Positions 1 through 12,785 are shown, numbered from the whole stretch's first letter. The stretch is DNA of 63,906 bases, filler included, from Vicugna vicugna (GCA_013265495.1; 76 parts of 75 records of this genome joined end to end with filler, not necessarily neighbours in it); one strand, 5' to 3'. Program-made: numbers and translations. Notes: generated by a model from the letters alone, not told the origin.

Positions 1-573
1 AGTACAAAGGCTTTGTTTATTGTTGGTGTTTGGCTCAAGGTCAGACCCTTTTTGGTGAATCAGAATCGTGTTGAGCCTTTCAGCTTATCAGGGTGGAACA
101 TATGAGAATCAGCTACTTAACAAGATTTTTCCTGGACTCAGGTGGCTGTGCCTGTCTCAGGTTGCCCCCTCAGGGGGTCTTACCCGTCATTGGCAGGCTA
201 AGCAGCCTTCTCACCTCTGAGTCTGCAGCTTTTCACCATTCCAGCCCAAGGCTGTTCTGGGGATAGAAGACTGACAGCAGGCACGCCCAGCGTGTATAGC
301 TGGGGCCTGGGTCATTGCTAAAACCTCAAAGCAGTTACTAAGCGCATCTTCTTTAAGGAAATAAGCGGCTGCGATCTGTTACAATTTGTTAACCCAGTCA
401 TGGGCTCCCACATCTAAGAACAACAGATGGATTCAATCTTATACTGATCTTGTTTCCTTCTTTGCTTTGGCTGCTAGGAAGCTTAGAGCTACAATTTCAG
501 TTGCTCTCTAGCAACTATGGTCCTCAAGCAGTGGGCCTTATGGTACTTCTCAATTTTGTGTTGTAATTTTTCC

Positions 574-673
574 NNNNNNNNNNNNNNNNNNNNNNNNNNN
601 NNNNNNNNNNNNNNNNNTTAATTAATTAANNNNNNNNNNNNNNNNNNNNNNNNNNNNNNNNNNNNNNNNNNNN
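574..673. other. Artificial scaffold linker (44 N + TTAATTAATTAA + 44 N); first of about 75 identical linkers in the window
   Basis: N574-617, TTAATTAATTAA at 618-629, N630-673. The same 100-nt structure recurs throughout. The palindromic 12-mer has TAA in all three frames on both strands. Confidence 0.98.
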
Positions 674-702
674 GGAAAAGGATATTATCAAACAAAAAGA
701 AT

Positions 703-1137
703 AAAATACTGATTCAGGCTACAATATGGATGAATCTTGAAACTTTATGTTAAATAAACCAGACACAAAAAGCCAAATAGTGCCCTTTAAAGTGAACTGT
801 ATCTACGCGTTTATTTTACTACTCCTGTAAATTTTCCAGATGTTTGAAATCTATCAATATCAAAATAAAATGTATTATGCATTAAAAACTTAAAACGCTT
901 CCTCACAGGAGGGCTTGTATTATTAAATGCAGAAACTCATATAAAGCTCTTGGAAAAACACATTGCACGTCCACACACAATCACTGCTGTCACTGCCACT
1001 CAGAGGGTTGTGCCAGCGCTGATGAGAGCTTCCTCCACTCGCTCCCGTGCAGACAGTTGTGAAGGCCTGAGCTCTGACAGGCAGGGTGAGTGTGAACCTG
1101 GGTCAGACACAGCCACGCCCCAGGCTCTGCGTTACCC
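703..1137 (+). repeat. Low-copy duplicated segment, paralogue of 48977-49412; starts with an old L1M 3' fragment
   Basis: Colinear with 48977-49412 (tactgattcaggct...ctctgcgttacc) with scattered substitutions. Confidence 0.9.
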
Positions 1138-1149
1138 AACTTTCTTATA

Positions 1150-1310
1150 CAAACTGCAACATGTAATGTAAACAAGCTAGAGGGATGTATCTTACAACAC
1201 AGGAAATACAGACAATGTTTTACAGTAACTATAAATGGAGCATCTATTGTACACCTGAAACTAATATCATATTATAAATCAGCTATATTTTTATAAAAAA
1301 ATTAAAAAAA
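1150..1310 (+). mobile_element. LINE-1 3' terminus with A-rich tail
   Basis: tacaacacaggaaat...gtaactataaatggag...tgtacacctgaaactaatat...taaatcagctata followed by an A-rich tail; typical laurasiatherian L1 3' end. Confidence 0.75.
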
Positions 1311-2465
1311 TATTTTCAAAATGCTATCACTTTAATATTCAATTCGGTTNNNNNNNNNNNNNNNNNNNNNNNNNNNNNNNNNNNNNNNNNNNNTTAATTA
1401 ATTAANNNNNNNNNNNNNNNNNNNNNNNNNNNNNNNNNNNNNNNNNNNNGTTACCAGCATGGCTTCCATGAAGACCACTGTGAACCCTGGAAGAATATTT
1501 TCCATTTCCTGGAAACATTTTCTCTGCCAATGAATTTTTGTGTTTCTTTTGCCAGGAAACAAAAAGATGCACACTTTAAGTTTTTCTTTAGTGCCAGGAC
1601 ACGTTGGGGACCAATTTCGTGCCCAGATGTAGTAATTGGAGTCCTCCAATGTTAGCCATTCATTTGTACTCTTCCCTGATCCACTCCTGAGCATCTTGTG
1701 GTAGCTTTTTCTTATCTGTCTGAAGCCCTGCTGTAAAAGCTGTGTCGTGTAAATTCACCTGTGTATCTGTTAACAATTTCTAAACTATTTAACAATCATA
1801 AATACTTAACCTCCAAAGTAACCTGCAAAGTTTAAATAGAGATGACACTGTGTTTTTCTCCCTTTAAAAACTCACCTAAACAAAACAATCACAGACGTAC
1901 TGAAATATCATCAACATAGATTGTAGACTTCACAAGGGAGGGGACTCTTGCTTTGTTCAGGCTGTATCCTAGGTTCCAGGGGGGTGCTCGACACTCAATA
2001 AATGTTTCAGGAAGACTGAAGCTGAATAGACTTAGAAGGTACCGAGCTCCTCAGAACTTGGAAGAACACAGAGAAGAGTTGTCTTGGCAGAAGAGAGAAG
2101 CACAGCCCCCGGAGAGCAGTGTGCATCTCAAAGCCACCCACCACAAGCTCGCTCCTTTGAAGCCTGGTGTTTTATCTTAAAAGCTCATACACACTTTAAA
2201 TCCTACTTCATATTAGGAATGTTTGTTTTAGCACAAAATTATTTTAAATGTTATTTACCATAAAATAATATCATCCTTCTGAAAAATGCTCTGTGTGTCT
2301 CCTGAACACCCCTGACAAACCCGTCTCTGGTGTACTTGTCTTGCTGCTGAGATACACAGATATCCNNNNNNNNNNNNNNNNNNNNNNNNNNNNNNNNNNN
2401 NNNNNNNNNTTAATTAATTAANNNNNNNNNNNNNNNNNNNNNNNNNNNNNNNNNNNNNNNNNNNN

Positions 2466-3105
2466 GAAAACATTTAGAATTGATGCAACTGACAAAGTCT
2501 TAATTTCCAATAGATAAAGACTTTATACAACCTAATAATAATAATAAAAAACAAGAAACCCAATCTGAAAATCGGCAGAAGCCCTAAACAAGCAATTCTC
2601 AAATAGAAAGACATACAAATGCCACACAGATATATGAAAAAAAAATTCTCACTATCATTATTATAGAAAGGCAATTTAAAACTATGATGAAGTATCACCT
2701 CACAATAGTCACAATGGCCATCATTCAAAAATCCACAAACAATAAATACTGGGGAAGTTGTGGAGAATGTGAACCGTCATACACTGATAGAAGGAATGTA
2801 GTTTGGTGCAGTCATTGTGGAATACAGGATCGGGATTCCTCAAAACAATAAAAATAGACTTAACATATGATTCAGAAATCCCACTTCTGGGTATATATCA
2901 AAGAGAACTCTAATTCAAAAGACACCTGCACCTCAATGTTCTTAGCAGTGCTATATATAACAGCCATGACATGGAAGCAACCTAATGGTCCAACAACTGA
3001 TGACAGTATTCAGAAATTATGCCGTATTTACACAATGGAGTAATATTCTGCAATAGAAAATGATAAAACAATGACATTTGCAGCAAAATGGATGTCCCCA
3101 TAAAC
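2466..3105 (+). mobile_element. Decayed LINE-1 ORF2 C-terminus and start of 3'UTR
   Basis: L1 hallmarks gaagacatacaaatgcc-like, tatcacctcaca...aatggccatcattcaaaaatccacaaacaataaat, atggaagcaacctaa, catttgcagcaa; frameshifted. Confidence 0.9.
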
Positions 3106-3332
3106 ACAATGATTTACAAAATTTAAGCACACTTGCAGACCTAATAAAATATTTTATGATTAATGCGGAAAGGGGCTGTGAGAGGATATATATGGGAACT
3201 TTCATTTATAAAAAGTTATCTGCTCTGCTATANNNNNNNNNNNNNNNNNNNNNNNNNNNNNNNNNNNNNNNNNNNNTTAATTAATTAANNNNNNNNNNNN
3301 NNNNNNNNNNNNNNNNNNNNNNNNNNNNNNNN

Positions 3333-3660
3333 TCAAATAATTTGTTTCTCCTTATCTCTGTGTCTTTCTAGACATTTGTTTATTTCTTCTAATTTGTCCA
3401 GTTTATTGGCATGTAAGTGTTGACAAAATGATCCTTTTGTATATCTGAGGTAACAATATTTATTTCTCTTCTTTTCTTTCTTAATTTTTTTCTTTGGAGC
3501 ATCTACCTTTTCTTCATGATGCACTTGGCTAGAGGTTTATTGAATTGCTTATCTCAAAAAGAAAACATAAAACAAAATCTTTGGTTTTATTACTCTTTAG
3601 CATAGATTTTTTTCTCTATAATTTATATTTAAACCTCTAATATTTAGGATAATGTTTTTT
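3333..3660 (-). mobile_element. Old LINE-1 ORF2 fragment
   Basis: Minus-strand translation CQHLHANKLDKLEEINKCLE resembles L1 ORF2 YEQLYANKLDNLEEMDKFLE. Confidence 0.8.
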
Positions 3661-3664
3661 CTGT

Positions 3665-3937
3665 TTTTTCAATTTTTTAAACTGATTTACAGTCATTTTA
3701 AAAATTTGTCTCCAATTCCAGCGTAGAGCACAATTTTTCAGTTACAGTGAACATATATACATTTTTTGTCCCATTTTTTTGCCTTTCAGCTGCCATAAGA
3801 TCTTTTATAAAATTCTCTATGCTATACAGTAGAATCCTGTTTTATCTATTCTACAATTTTGGCCTCCCAGTCTATCTCTCCGAACCCCCCGTCCCATGGC
3901 AACCAAAACTTTGTATTCTATGACTGCGGGTCTATTT
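3665..3937 (-). mobile_element. Camelid-type LINE-1 3' end (antisense)
   Basis: ttttttaaactgatttacagtcatttt...gtagagcacaatttttcagtta...gctatacagta...ggcaacca...tttgtattctatg; recognised by eye as a camelid L1 3'UTR. Confidence 0.75.
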
Positions 3938-4049
3938 NNNNNNNNNNNNNNNNNNNNNNNNNNNNNNNNNNNNNNNNNNNNTTAATTAATTAANNNNNNN
4001 NNNNNNNNNNNNNNNNNNNNNNNNNNNNNNNNNNNNNATCTAATCAATT

Positions 4050-4165
4050 GAAGCAGTGATGTACCGACCTCCCAGGACTGCTATGGAGATCCAGTGAGAT
4101 AATGTGTGCACAGTGTGCAGCGTTGTCTCCAGCACAGATTCAGTGCTGAATGAGTGCCAGTGAGT
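4050..4165. mobile_element. MIR SINE fragment
   Basis: acctcccaggactgctatggagatccagtgagataatgtgtgcacagtg resembles the MIR 3' core. Confidence 0.65.
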
Positions 4166-5070
4166 ACCTGGTAGGTCAGGTGAGGGTGGTGGGACTCGGT
4201 GACTTAGGATATCTGGGCCCTGAAGGAAGGGTCCATTCACATCTGTGAGTGATGGGCCTGATTTGGGAGACGCAGGGAGACTTTACCCCCAGGCCCTGGG
4301 CAGGACGGCTATGGGAGGAGCACCGTGAGGTCAGCTCTTTGCAGGTGGAGTTGGAGTTGCCCTTGAGACATCTAAGTGCAGTGTCACAAGCTCTAACAGG
4401 AGGTCTGGGTCCGGGCTGTGCATTTTCCTATAATCTCAACCCCTGAGGACGCCGAATTATTGATCACTGGACGTGAAGACCTACTTTACAGGACAAATTA
4501 ATAGTAGTATCATGTCTGTCATCAAAGCTCACGTCTCTTTATTCATCACTCACTTTGCTAATTGGGTACTTACAGAGCTCACTTCACCGTTCTTCCCTGG
4601 GCTCAGGATCCACTGAAAAGAGCTGGTGAGTCTCCCTCTTTTCCAGAAGAAGACACATTTAGCTGGTAGACTTCTGTACCTCGCCAGACTTAGGATATGA
4701 GTTTGTTGGGTTAATTCTATTTTCTGTTGGCCATGTCCTGACAGGAGAGACATTTTACCTCATGGTTATGTTTCAATTAGCTGTTACTGAGAATTGCTGA
4801 TCTGATCCATAGTTTATGTATTATATTAACTTTGTAGTGTAGTTATCATTTTTCTGTCTTTGCCCTTTAATTTTGTTTGCCCCTTCAATAATGTTCTATC
4901 CTAATTGGGGCCTTATTTTTTTTTAAAATTAAAAAATATCTGTTAACAGTTAAGAAAACAAAACCAAATTNNNNNNNNNNNNNNNNNNNNNNNNNNNNNN
5001 NNNNNNNNNNNNNNTTAATTAATTAANNNNNNNNNNNNNNNNNNNNNNNNNNNNNNNNNNNNNNNNNNNN

Positions 5071-5830
5071 ATATAGAATTTAACATATGGAATGCAGAAC
5101 CCAGAATTTAGAATATACAATACGCAATACAGAATATAGAATATAGAATATAGAATGAAGACCACAAAATATAGAATATATAAAAGAGAAAATACTACCA
5201 AAAATTTTGAGATGGAATGCAGAACAGAGAATTTAGAATATAGAATACAGAATACTGAATATAGAATTTAGAANNNNNNNNNNNNNNNNNNNNNNNNNNN
5301 NNNNNNNNNNNNNNNNNNNNNNNNNNNNNNNNNNNNNNNNNNNNNNNNNNNNNNNNNNNNNNNNNNNNNNNNNNNNNNNNNNNNNNNNNNNNNNNNNNNN
5401 NNNNNNNNNNNNNNNNNNNNNNNNNNNNNNNNNNNNNNNNNNNNNNNNNNNNNNNNNNNNNNNNNNNNNNNNNNNNNNNNNNNNNNNNNNNNNNNNNNNN
5501 NNNNNNNNNNNNNNNNNNNNNNNNNNNNNNNNNNNNNNNNNNNNNNNNNNNNNNNNNNNNNNNNNNNNNNNNNNNNNNNNNNNNNNNNNNNNNNNNNNNN
5601 NNNNNNNNNNNNNNNNNNNNNNNNNNNNNNNNNNNNNNNNNNNNNNNNNNNNNNNNNNNNNNNNNNNNNNNNNNNNNNNNNNNNNNNNNNNNNNNNNNNN
5701 NNNNNNNNNNNNNNNNNNNNNNNNNNNNNNNNNNNNNNNNNNNNNNNNNNNNNNNNNNNACTGAATATAAAGAATACAGAATATTGAACACAGAATATAG
5801 AATAAAGAAAATGAATGCAGAATATAAAAT
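5071..5830 (+). repeat. Satellite E: heptamer (AGAATAT)n with variants
   Basis: 7-bp units AGAATAT/AGAATAC/AGAATTT/AGAACCC/GGAATGC; internal gap. Confidence 0.93.
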
Positions 5831-5930
5831 NNNNNNNNNNNNNNNNNNNNNNNNNNNNNNNNNNNNNNNNNNNNTTAATTAATTAANNNNNNNNNNNNNN
5901 NNNNNNNNNNNNNNNNNNNNNNNNNNNNNN

Positions 5931-6745
5931 GGAGGATTAGATACAATTCGGTTTTACAGCGAAAACTACATAAATTTCAAAATGGACAAGGAAACATACT
6001 GAGAAATTAGATTGTTTCTACGGGTCCCCACTCGTTTAATGCAAGATGAACGAACGCCTCTCCACATGAATAATTCTGAGAGCTGAATCTGCATAAAGAC
6101 GACAATAATTTGGATTGTTGGGAACATAAGTTAAATTTAGATTGGGGAAACACACTACATAAATGTATACGGGGAGGCACTTGTTAAAATAATGTTTTAC
6201 AGAGAAAAAAAACGAAACTGAAACAGGCACTAGGAAACATACTGAAAATCCAGAGCGTTAAAATTGCTCCACATTACACTAATGCTTCATGAACAATAGT
6301 CTCTGAACATGTTAAAGTCTGAGAGATGAATATGTATGAAAGAATAAAATAACTACAATAACAAAGCTTCTTAGGAACACACAGTGGATTCTTAGGAACA
6401 CACAGTGGGTTTTGATCTACAAATATATATAAGGGGAGGTACAAGCTTCAAATCAGTTTAAAAACAAATGGAATAAATTTCTAACGGGCACTAAGAAACA
6501 TACTGAGAAAAGAAAATAAGTGTTAATATTGCAAAACATTCATTTATTTCAGATGAATGTAAGTCAATTCATGAGAAAAATTCTGAGAGTTAACTGTGTG
6601 TGAAAGCAGTTAATCATCTAGCTTATGAGAAATACAGAGATTCTATTAAGTGGGAAACAACAGGACATAAATATATACAGAGAAGTACTAGCTCCAAATT
6701 GGTTTAACACGGAAAAATGCATGACTTCAAGCCGAAACTAGAAAA
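5931..6745. repeat. Diverged AT-rich subfamily of ~248-bp satellite C
   Basis: ggaaacatactgag-like motif at about 5990, 6233, 6494 and 6739; shares gatgaacgaacg.ctctccacatg, ggggaggtacaagct and ggcactaggaaaca with 10202-11004. Confidence 0.85.
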
Positions 6746-7691
6746 NNNNNNNNNNNNNNNNNNNNNNNNNNNNNNNNNNNNNNNNNNNNTTAATTAATTA
6801 ANNNNNNNNNNNNNNNNNNNNNNNNNNNNNNNNNNNNNNNNNNNNATCTGGCATCTGACTACCTTGGCATATCTTTATGTTTCATTTCACTTGAAGATAC
6901 ATCCAGGCAAACACTTGTCAAGTATGTTAGCTGCAACCTCACCAGTTTTGCTCCAGCTAATCCTTGGAATTTGGATGTCCTCTTTTTACCTANNNNNNNN
7001 NNNNNNNNNNNNNNNNNNNNNNNNNNNNNNNNNNNNTTAATTAATTAANNNNNNNNNNNNNNNNNNNNNNNNNNNNNNNNNNNNNNNNNNNNCAGCAACC
7101 ATCACTGCCAGTATCTGAGCTGGGATGCTCCTGACTTCGAAAACCACTGCACAGCTACTTTTCAAACGTGAAACTCATATATATATATATATTCCAAATA
7201 GATGATATTGCAGTAGGATTTTTCTTTTCAAAATTTCCAGTTGCAACATTAGCACAAGAAAATTTATGTTTAGGCTTTAAAAAAATCAATTATCCTCCAC
7301 TTTCTTAGTTTTGAANNNNNNNNNNNNNNNNNNNNNNNNNNNNNNNNNNNNNNNNNNNNNNNNNNNNNNNNNNNNNNNNNNNNNNNNNNNNNNNNNNNNN
7401 NNNNNNNNNNNNNNNNNNNNNNNNNNNNNNNNNNNNNNNNNNNNNNNNNNNNNNNNNNNNNNNNNNNNNNNNNNNNNNNNNNNNNNNNNNNNNNNNNNNN
7501 NNNNNNNNNNNNNNNNNNNNNNNNNNNNNNNNNNNNNNNNNNNNNNNNNNNNNNNNNNNNNNNNNNNNNNNNNNNNNNNNNNNNNNNNNNNNNNNNNNNN
7601 NNNNNNNNNNNNNNNNNNNNNNNNNNNNNNNNNNNNNNNNNNNNNNNNNNNNNNNNNNNNNNNNNNNNNNNNNNNNNNNNNNNNNNNNNNN

Positions 7692-7924
7692 CCTATGGAA
7701 ATCGAAATGACAGGACGTTTCTAGCTAAGTGAACATCCAGATCTGAACACAAACCTAAATCCTATCAGATGTCTCTCGAACGAGCTCAACAAAGTCCTGG
7801 GCAACCCTGGAAATTAGCTCTTTTGTTCCAAATACTGGCTGAGCTAAGATCATCACACTAGGAAGAGAAGGAGAGAAGAGGAAAGTCCACCTGGCGGCCT
7901 CCATCAGTTTTCTTCCAGCCACAA
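7692..7924 (+). repeat. Low-copy duplicated segment, reverse-complement paralogue of 61321-61553
   Basis: cctatggaaatcgaaatgacaggacgtttct...gttttcttccag matches the reverse complement of 61321-61553. Confidence 0.9.
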
Positions 7925-9075
7925 NNNNNNNNNNNNNNNNNNNNNNNNNNNNNNNNNNNNNNNNNNNNNNNNNNNNNNNNNNNNNNNNNNNNNNNNNNNN
8001 NNNNNNNNNNNNNNNNNNNNNNNNNNNNNNNNNNNNNNNNNNNNNNNNNNNNNNNNNNNNNNNNNNNNNNNNNNNNNNNNNNNNNNNNNNNNNNNNNNNN
8101 NNNNNNNNNNNNNNNNNNNNNNNNNNNNNNNNNNNNNNNNNNNNNNNNNNNNNNNNNNNNNNNNNNNNNNNNNNNNNNNNNNNNNNNNNNNNNNNNNNNN
8201 NNNNNNNNNNNNNNNNNNNNNNNNNNNNNNNNNNNNNNNNNNNNNNNNNNNNNNNNNNNNNNNNNNNNNNNNNNNNNNNNNNNNNNNNNNNNNNNNNNNN
8301 NNNNNNNNNNNNNNNNNNNNNNNNNNNNNNNNNNNNNNNNNNNNNNNNNNNNNNNNNNNNNNNNNNNNNNNNNNNNNNNNNNNNNNNNNNNNNNNNNNNN
8401 NNNNNNNNNNNNNNNNNNNNNNNNNNNNNNNNNNNNNNNNNNNNNNNNNNNNNNNNNNNNNNNNNNNNNNNNNNNNNNNNNNNNNNNNNNNNNNNNNNNN
8501 NNNNNNNNNNNNNNNNNNNNNNNNNNNNNNNNNNNNNNNNNNNNNNNNNNNNNNNNNNNNNNNNNNNNNNNNNNNNNNNNNNNNNNNNNNNNNNNNNNNN
8601 NNNNNNNNNNNNNNNNNNNNNNNNNNNNNNNNNNNNNNNNNNNNNNNNNNNNNNNNNGAGCAGGGGCTCCCTCCACCCTGGACTGCACAGGGCACTCTCC
8701 CCGGGTCCCCACGCCAAAAGCCTCCAGGCCTCTGCCCGGGCTGCACCTGCGACCTGAGCCACATTCTTGACTCCTTCTCCTGGCTGACTCTTACTCTGTC
8801 CTCACAACTGAATGTAGAGCCCATTTCTTCCAGGAAGTCCTCTCTGATAATGTCTTTAAATCTTGTCTGGGCTCTATCTATAGCAGCAGTATATAGTGAC
8901 TAACTGGGTGCCCGCTCCTTTAAGACCACGAACCCTTGGGAGCCACGTGGGAAGGAGTGAGAGATTACAAGACGGNNNNNNNNNNNNNNNNNNNNNNNNN
9001 NNNNNNNNNNNNNNNNNNNTTAATTAATTAANNNNNNNNNNNNNNNNNNNNNNNNNNNNNNNNNNNNNNNNNNNN

Positions 9076-10101
9076 TTCTCAGTCTGTTTCCTAGTGCCGG
9101 TTAGAAGTTCCTGCTGTTTTGGCTGTAAATACGAGTTGGAGCTTGAACCACCCCATATATATGTATGTATTGGAATTTGCAACTTAAAAGAAACTTTGTC
9201 TTCCCTTCAAGCTAGGTGGAGGAGGGCTTTNNNNNNNNNNNNNNNNNNNNNNNNNNNNNNNNNNNNNNNNNNNNNNNNNNNNNNNNNNNNNNTTGCAGGA
9301 GAAACACTTACTCTGGTTATTCAGTCTGTTTCCTAGTGCCGGTTTGAAGTTCCTGCAGTTTTCACTGTTAAATCGAGTTGGAGCTTGTACCTCCCCATAT
9401 ATATGTATGGAGTGGAATTTGCAAATGAAAAGAAACTTTGTGTTTCCTTCAAGCAAGGTGAAGGAGGGATTTCACACACACATATCTCTCAGAAAATAGC
9501 ATGTTTAGAGACGTTCGTCCATCCAGCACCAGGGGAACTGGTTGCAGGAAAAGCACTTACTCTGGTTTCTCAGTCTGTTTCCTAGTGCCGGTTTGAAGTT
9601 CCTGCAGTTTTCACTGTAAAAACGAGTTGGACCTTGTCCCTCCCCATATATATGAATGTAGTGGAGTTTACAACTCAAAAGAAACTTTCTGTTCCCTTCA
9701 AGATATGTGAAGGACGGCTTTCACATACAATTTTCTCTTTGAACTGAGCATGTTAGAGAAGTTCTTTCAACCATCACAAAGGGAACGGGTTGCAGGAGAG
9801 AGACTTACTCTAGATTCTCAGTCTGTTTCCTTTTGCCAGTTAAAAATTCCTGCAGTTTTCACTGTAAAACCGAGTGGGAGCTTGTACCTCCCCATATATA
9901 TGTATGTAGTGGAGTTCGCAACTGAAAGAAACTTAGTGTTTCCTTCAAGGTAGGTGGAGGAGGGCTTTCACACACACTTATCTCTCAGAACTGAGCATGT
10001 GGAGAAACGATCGTTCATTCAGCACCAATGGAACGGGTAGCAGGAGAAACACTTAATCTGTTTTCTCAGTCTGTTTCCTTGTGCCGGTTTGAAGTTCCTG
10101 C
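9076..10101. repeat. Satellite C, ~248-bp monomers (about 4 copies)
   Basis: tcagtctgtttcct at 9321, 9570, 9818 and 10066 (periods 249, 248, 248). Confidence 0.95.
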
Positions 10102-10201
10102 NNNNNNNNNNNNNNNNNNNNNNNNNNNNNNNNNNNNNNNNNNNNTTAATTAATTAANNNNNNNNNNNNNNNNNNNNNNNNNNNNNNNNNNNNNNNNNNN
10201 N

Positions 10202-11004
10202 GCTTGAAGAGAACACAAAGTTTCTTTTCAATTACAAACTCCACACTATAAATATATATGGGGAGGTACAAGCTCCAAATCGATTTTAAAGTGCAAACCG
10301 CAAAAATTTCAAACCGGCACTAGGAAACAGACTGAGAGACCAGAGTAACTATTTCTCTTGCAACCCCTTCCATTTGTGCTGGATGAACGAACGTCTCTCC
10401 ACATGCTCAGTTCTGAGAGATAAATGTGTGTGAAAGCCGTCCTTCAACTAGCTTTAAGGGAACACAAATTTTCTTGTTACTTGCAAACTCCATTCCNNNN
10501 NNNNNNNNNNNNNNNNNNNNNNNNNNNNNNNNNNNNNNNNNNNNNNNNNNNNNNNNNNNNNNNNNNNNNNNNNNNNNNNNNNNNNNNNNNNNNNNNNNNN
10601 NNNNNNNNNNNNNNNNNNNNNNNNNNNNNNNNNNNNNGCTGGATGAACGAACGTCTTTCCACATGCTCAGTTCTGCGAGTTAAGTGTGTGTGAAACCCGT
10701 CCTTCACCTAGCTTGAAGGGAACACAAAGTTTCTTTTCAGTTGCAAACTCCACACCATTCATATATATAGGGAGGTACAAGCTCTAACTCGGTTATACAG
10801 TGCAAACCTCAGGAACTTCAAACCGGCACAAGGGAACATTTTGAGAATCCAGAATAATTGTTTGTCCTGCAACCCGTTCCCTTTGTGCTGGATGAACGAA
10901 AGTCTCTCCATATGCTCAGTTCTGAGACATCTGTGTGTGTGAAAGCCGTCCATCACTTCGCTTGAAGAGAACACAAAGTTTCTTTTCAATTACAAACTCC
11001 AAAC
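10202..11004. repeat. Satellite C (opposite orientation to 9076-10101)
   Basis: Repeats of gctggatgaacgaacgtctctccacatgctcagttctg and ggaggtacaagctc. Confidence 0.95.
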
Positions 11005-11104
11005 NNNNNNNNNNNNNNNNNNNNNNNNNNNNNNNNNNNNNNNNNNNNTTAATTAATTAANNNNNNNNNNNNNNNNNNNNNNNNNNNNNNNNNNNNNNNN
11101 NNNN

Positions 11105-11860
11105 ATGAAGAGAGCTGCGTGGAGATGTCTCTCGAGCTCCCCTACGCACGGAAAATTGTTCCAGAATCCTGAGCGTGGGGAAGTTCCACCAACGATCGGC
11201 AGCGCGTGGGTTCTAACAGAAAGCCTAAGCTGGTCTCCCCTGACGGTTTTCCTAATGTCTCTGTGCCAGGGAATGCTAGGGGGGTTTGCAGGATATCCCA
11301 GTGANNNNNNNNNNNNNNNNNNNNNNNNNNNNNNNNNNNNNNNNNNNNNNNNNNNNNNNNNNNNNNNNNNNNNNNNNNNNNNNNNNNNNNNNNNNNNNNN
11401 NNNNNNNNNNNNNNNNNNNNNNNNNNNNNNNNNNNNNNNNNNNNNNNNNNNGGGAGGTTCTTCCAACGGTTGGCAGCTCGTGGGTTCTAACGGAATGCGT
11501 AAGCTCGTCTCCCCTGAGCTTTTTCCTAATATCTCTGTGCCAGGGAATACTAGGGGGGTTGGGAGGATATCCCAGTGACAGAGGCTGCCTCCCCAAGGTC
11601 AGGGAAGTTATTTCTCGGACTTCCCCGAACAGGGACACCTGTGACTGAAGAGAGCTGCGTGGACTTGTCTCTCGAGCTCCCCCACGCACTGACAATGTTT
11701 CCGGAATCCTGAGCGCAGGGAGGTTCTTCCAACGGTTGGCAGCTCGTGGGTTCTAACGGAATGCTTAAGCTCGTCTCCCCTGTGGGTTTTCCTAATGTCT
11801 CTATGCCAGATAATACTAGGGGGGTTGGGAGGATATCCCAGTGACAGAGGCTGCCTCCCC
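11105..11860. repeat. Satellite A, 267-bp GC-rich
   Basis: gaagagagctgcgtggag..gtctctcgagctcccc...ggaatcctgagcg monomers. Confidence 0.95.
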
Positions 11861-11960
11861 NNNNNNNNNNNNNNNNNNNNNNNNNNNNNNNNNNNNNNNN
11901 NNNNTTAATTAATTAANNNNNNNNNNNNNNNNNNNNNNNNNNNNNNNNNNNNNNNNNNNN

Positions 11961-12479
11961 GACAAGCTAAGGGATTCTTTTAGAACCCAGGCGCTACTGT
12001 CATTTCGAGGAGCCTCTCCACAATCAGGATACCTGAGCACGCCTCCGTGTGTGTGCTGGAGGTGGGGAAACAGATTCCACGCATCTTTATGGGGCACAGG
12101 TGTTCCAAGGTTGGGGAAGTAGTTTAAAACCCTCCACTACCCACAGAGATGCACTCGCTAATACTTGGCTTTAGAGCNNNNNNNNNNNNNNNNNNNNNNN
12201 NNNNNNNNNNNNNNNNNNNNNNNNNNNNNNNNNNNNNNNNNNNNNNNNNNNNNNNNNNNNNNNNNNNNNNNNNNNNNNNNNNNNNNNNNNNNNNNNNNNN
12301 NNNNNNNNNNNNNNNNNNNNNNNNNNNNNNNNNNNNNNNNNNNNNNNNNNNNNNNNNNNNNNNNNNNNNNNNNNNNTAGTAGTTTAAACATCTCCACTAA
12401 CAATGGAGAGGCACACGCTAATACTTATTTTTAAATCCCAAGTCCCACTTTCAACCACACACTGGCCTAGGCAAACCAT
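11961..12479. repeat. Satellite B (diverged ~265-bp relative of A)
   Basis: caagctaagggattct..tagaacccagg, tcaggatacctga, gtgtgtgtgctggaggtggggaaacag motifs. Confidence 0.9.
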
Positions 12480-12579
12480 NNNNNNNNNNNNNNNNNNNNN
12501 NNNNNNNNNNNNNNNNNNNNNNNTTAATTAATTAANNNNNNNNNNNNNNNNNNNNNNNNNNNNNNNNNNNNNNNNNNNN

Positions 12580-12785
12580 ACAAGATATTGAATATAGTTC
12601 CCTCTGCTATACAGAAGAAACTTTTTAAATCTATCTTTATATACAGTGGCTAACATTTGCAAATCTCAAACTCCCAAACTTATCCTTTCCTACCCCCTTT
12701 CCCCTGGTAACCGTAAGATTGTTTACTGCGTCTGCAAGTCTGTTTCTGTTTTGTAGATGGTTCATAGTGTCTTTTTCTAGATCAT
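12580..12785 (-). mobile_element. Camelid-type LINE-1 3'UTR fragment
   Basis: caagatattgaatatagttccct.tgctatacagaagaaa...ggctaacatttgcaaatctcaaactccca...gtctgtttctgttttgtagat. Confidence 0.75.

Noticed and set aside
1..573. Possible ERV leader or pol remnant
   Set aside because: Only a faint HCLRTIVA-like resemblance on the minus strand; not enough to call.
6846..6992. Possible small minus-strand exon (tag/gtaaaaagagg...aaactg/gtgagg)
   Set aside because: The acceptor context is cut off by the scaffold edge and the peptide is not recognised.
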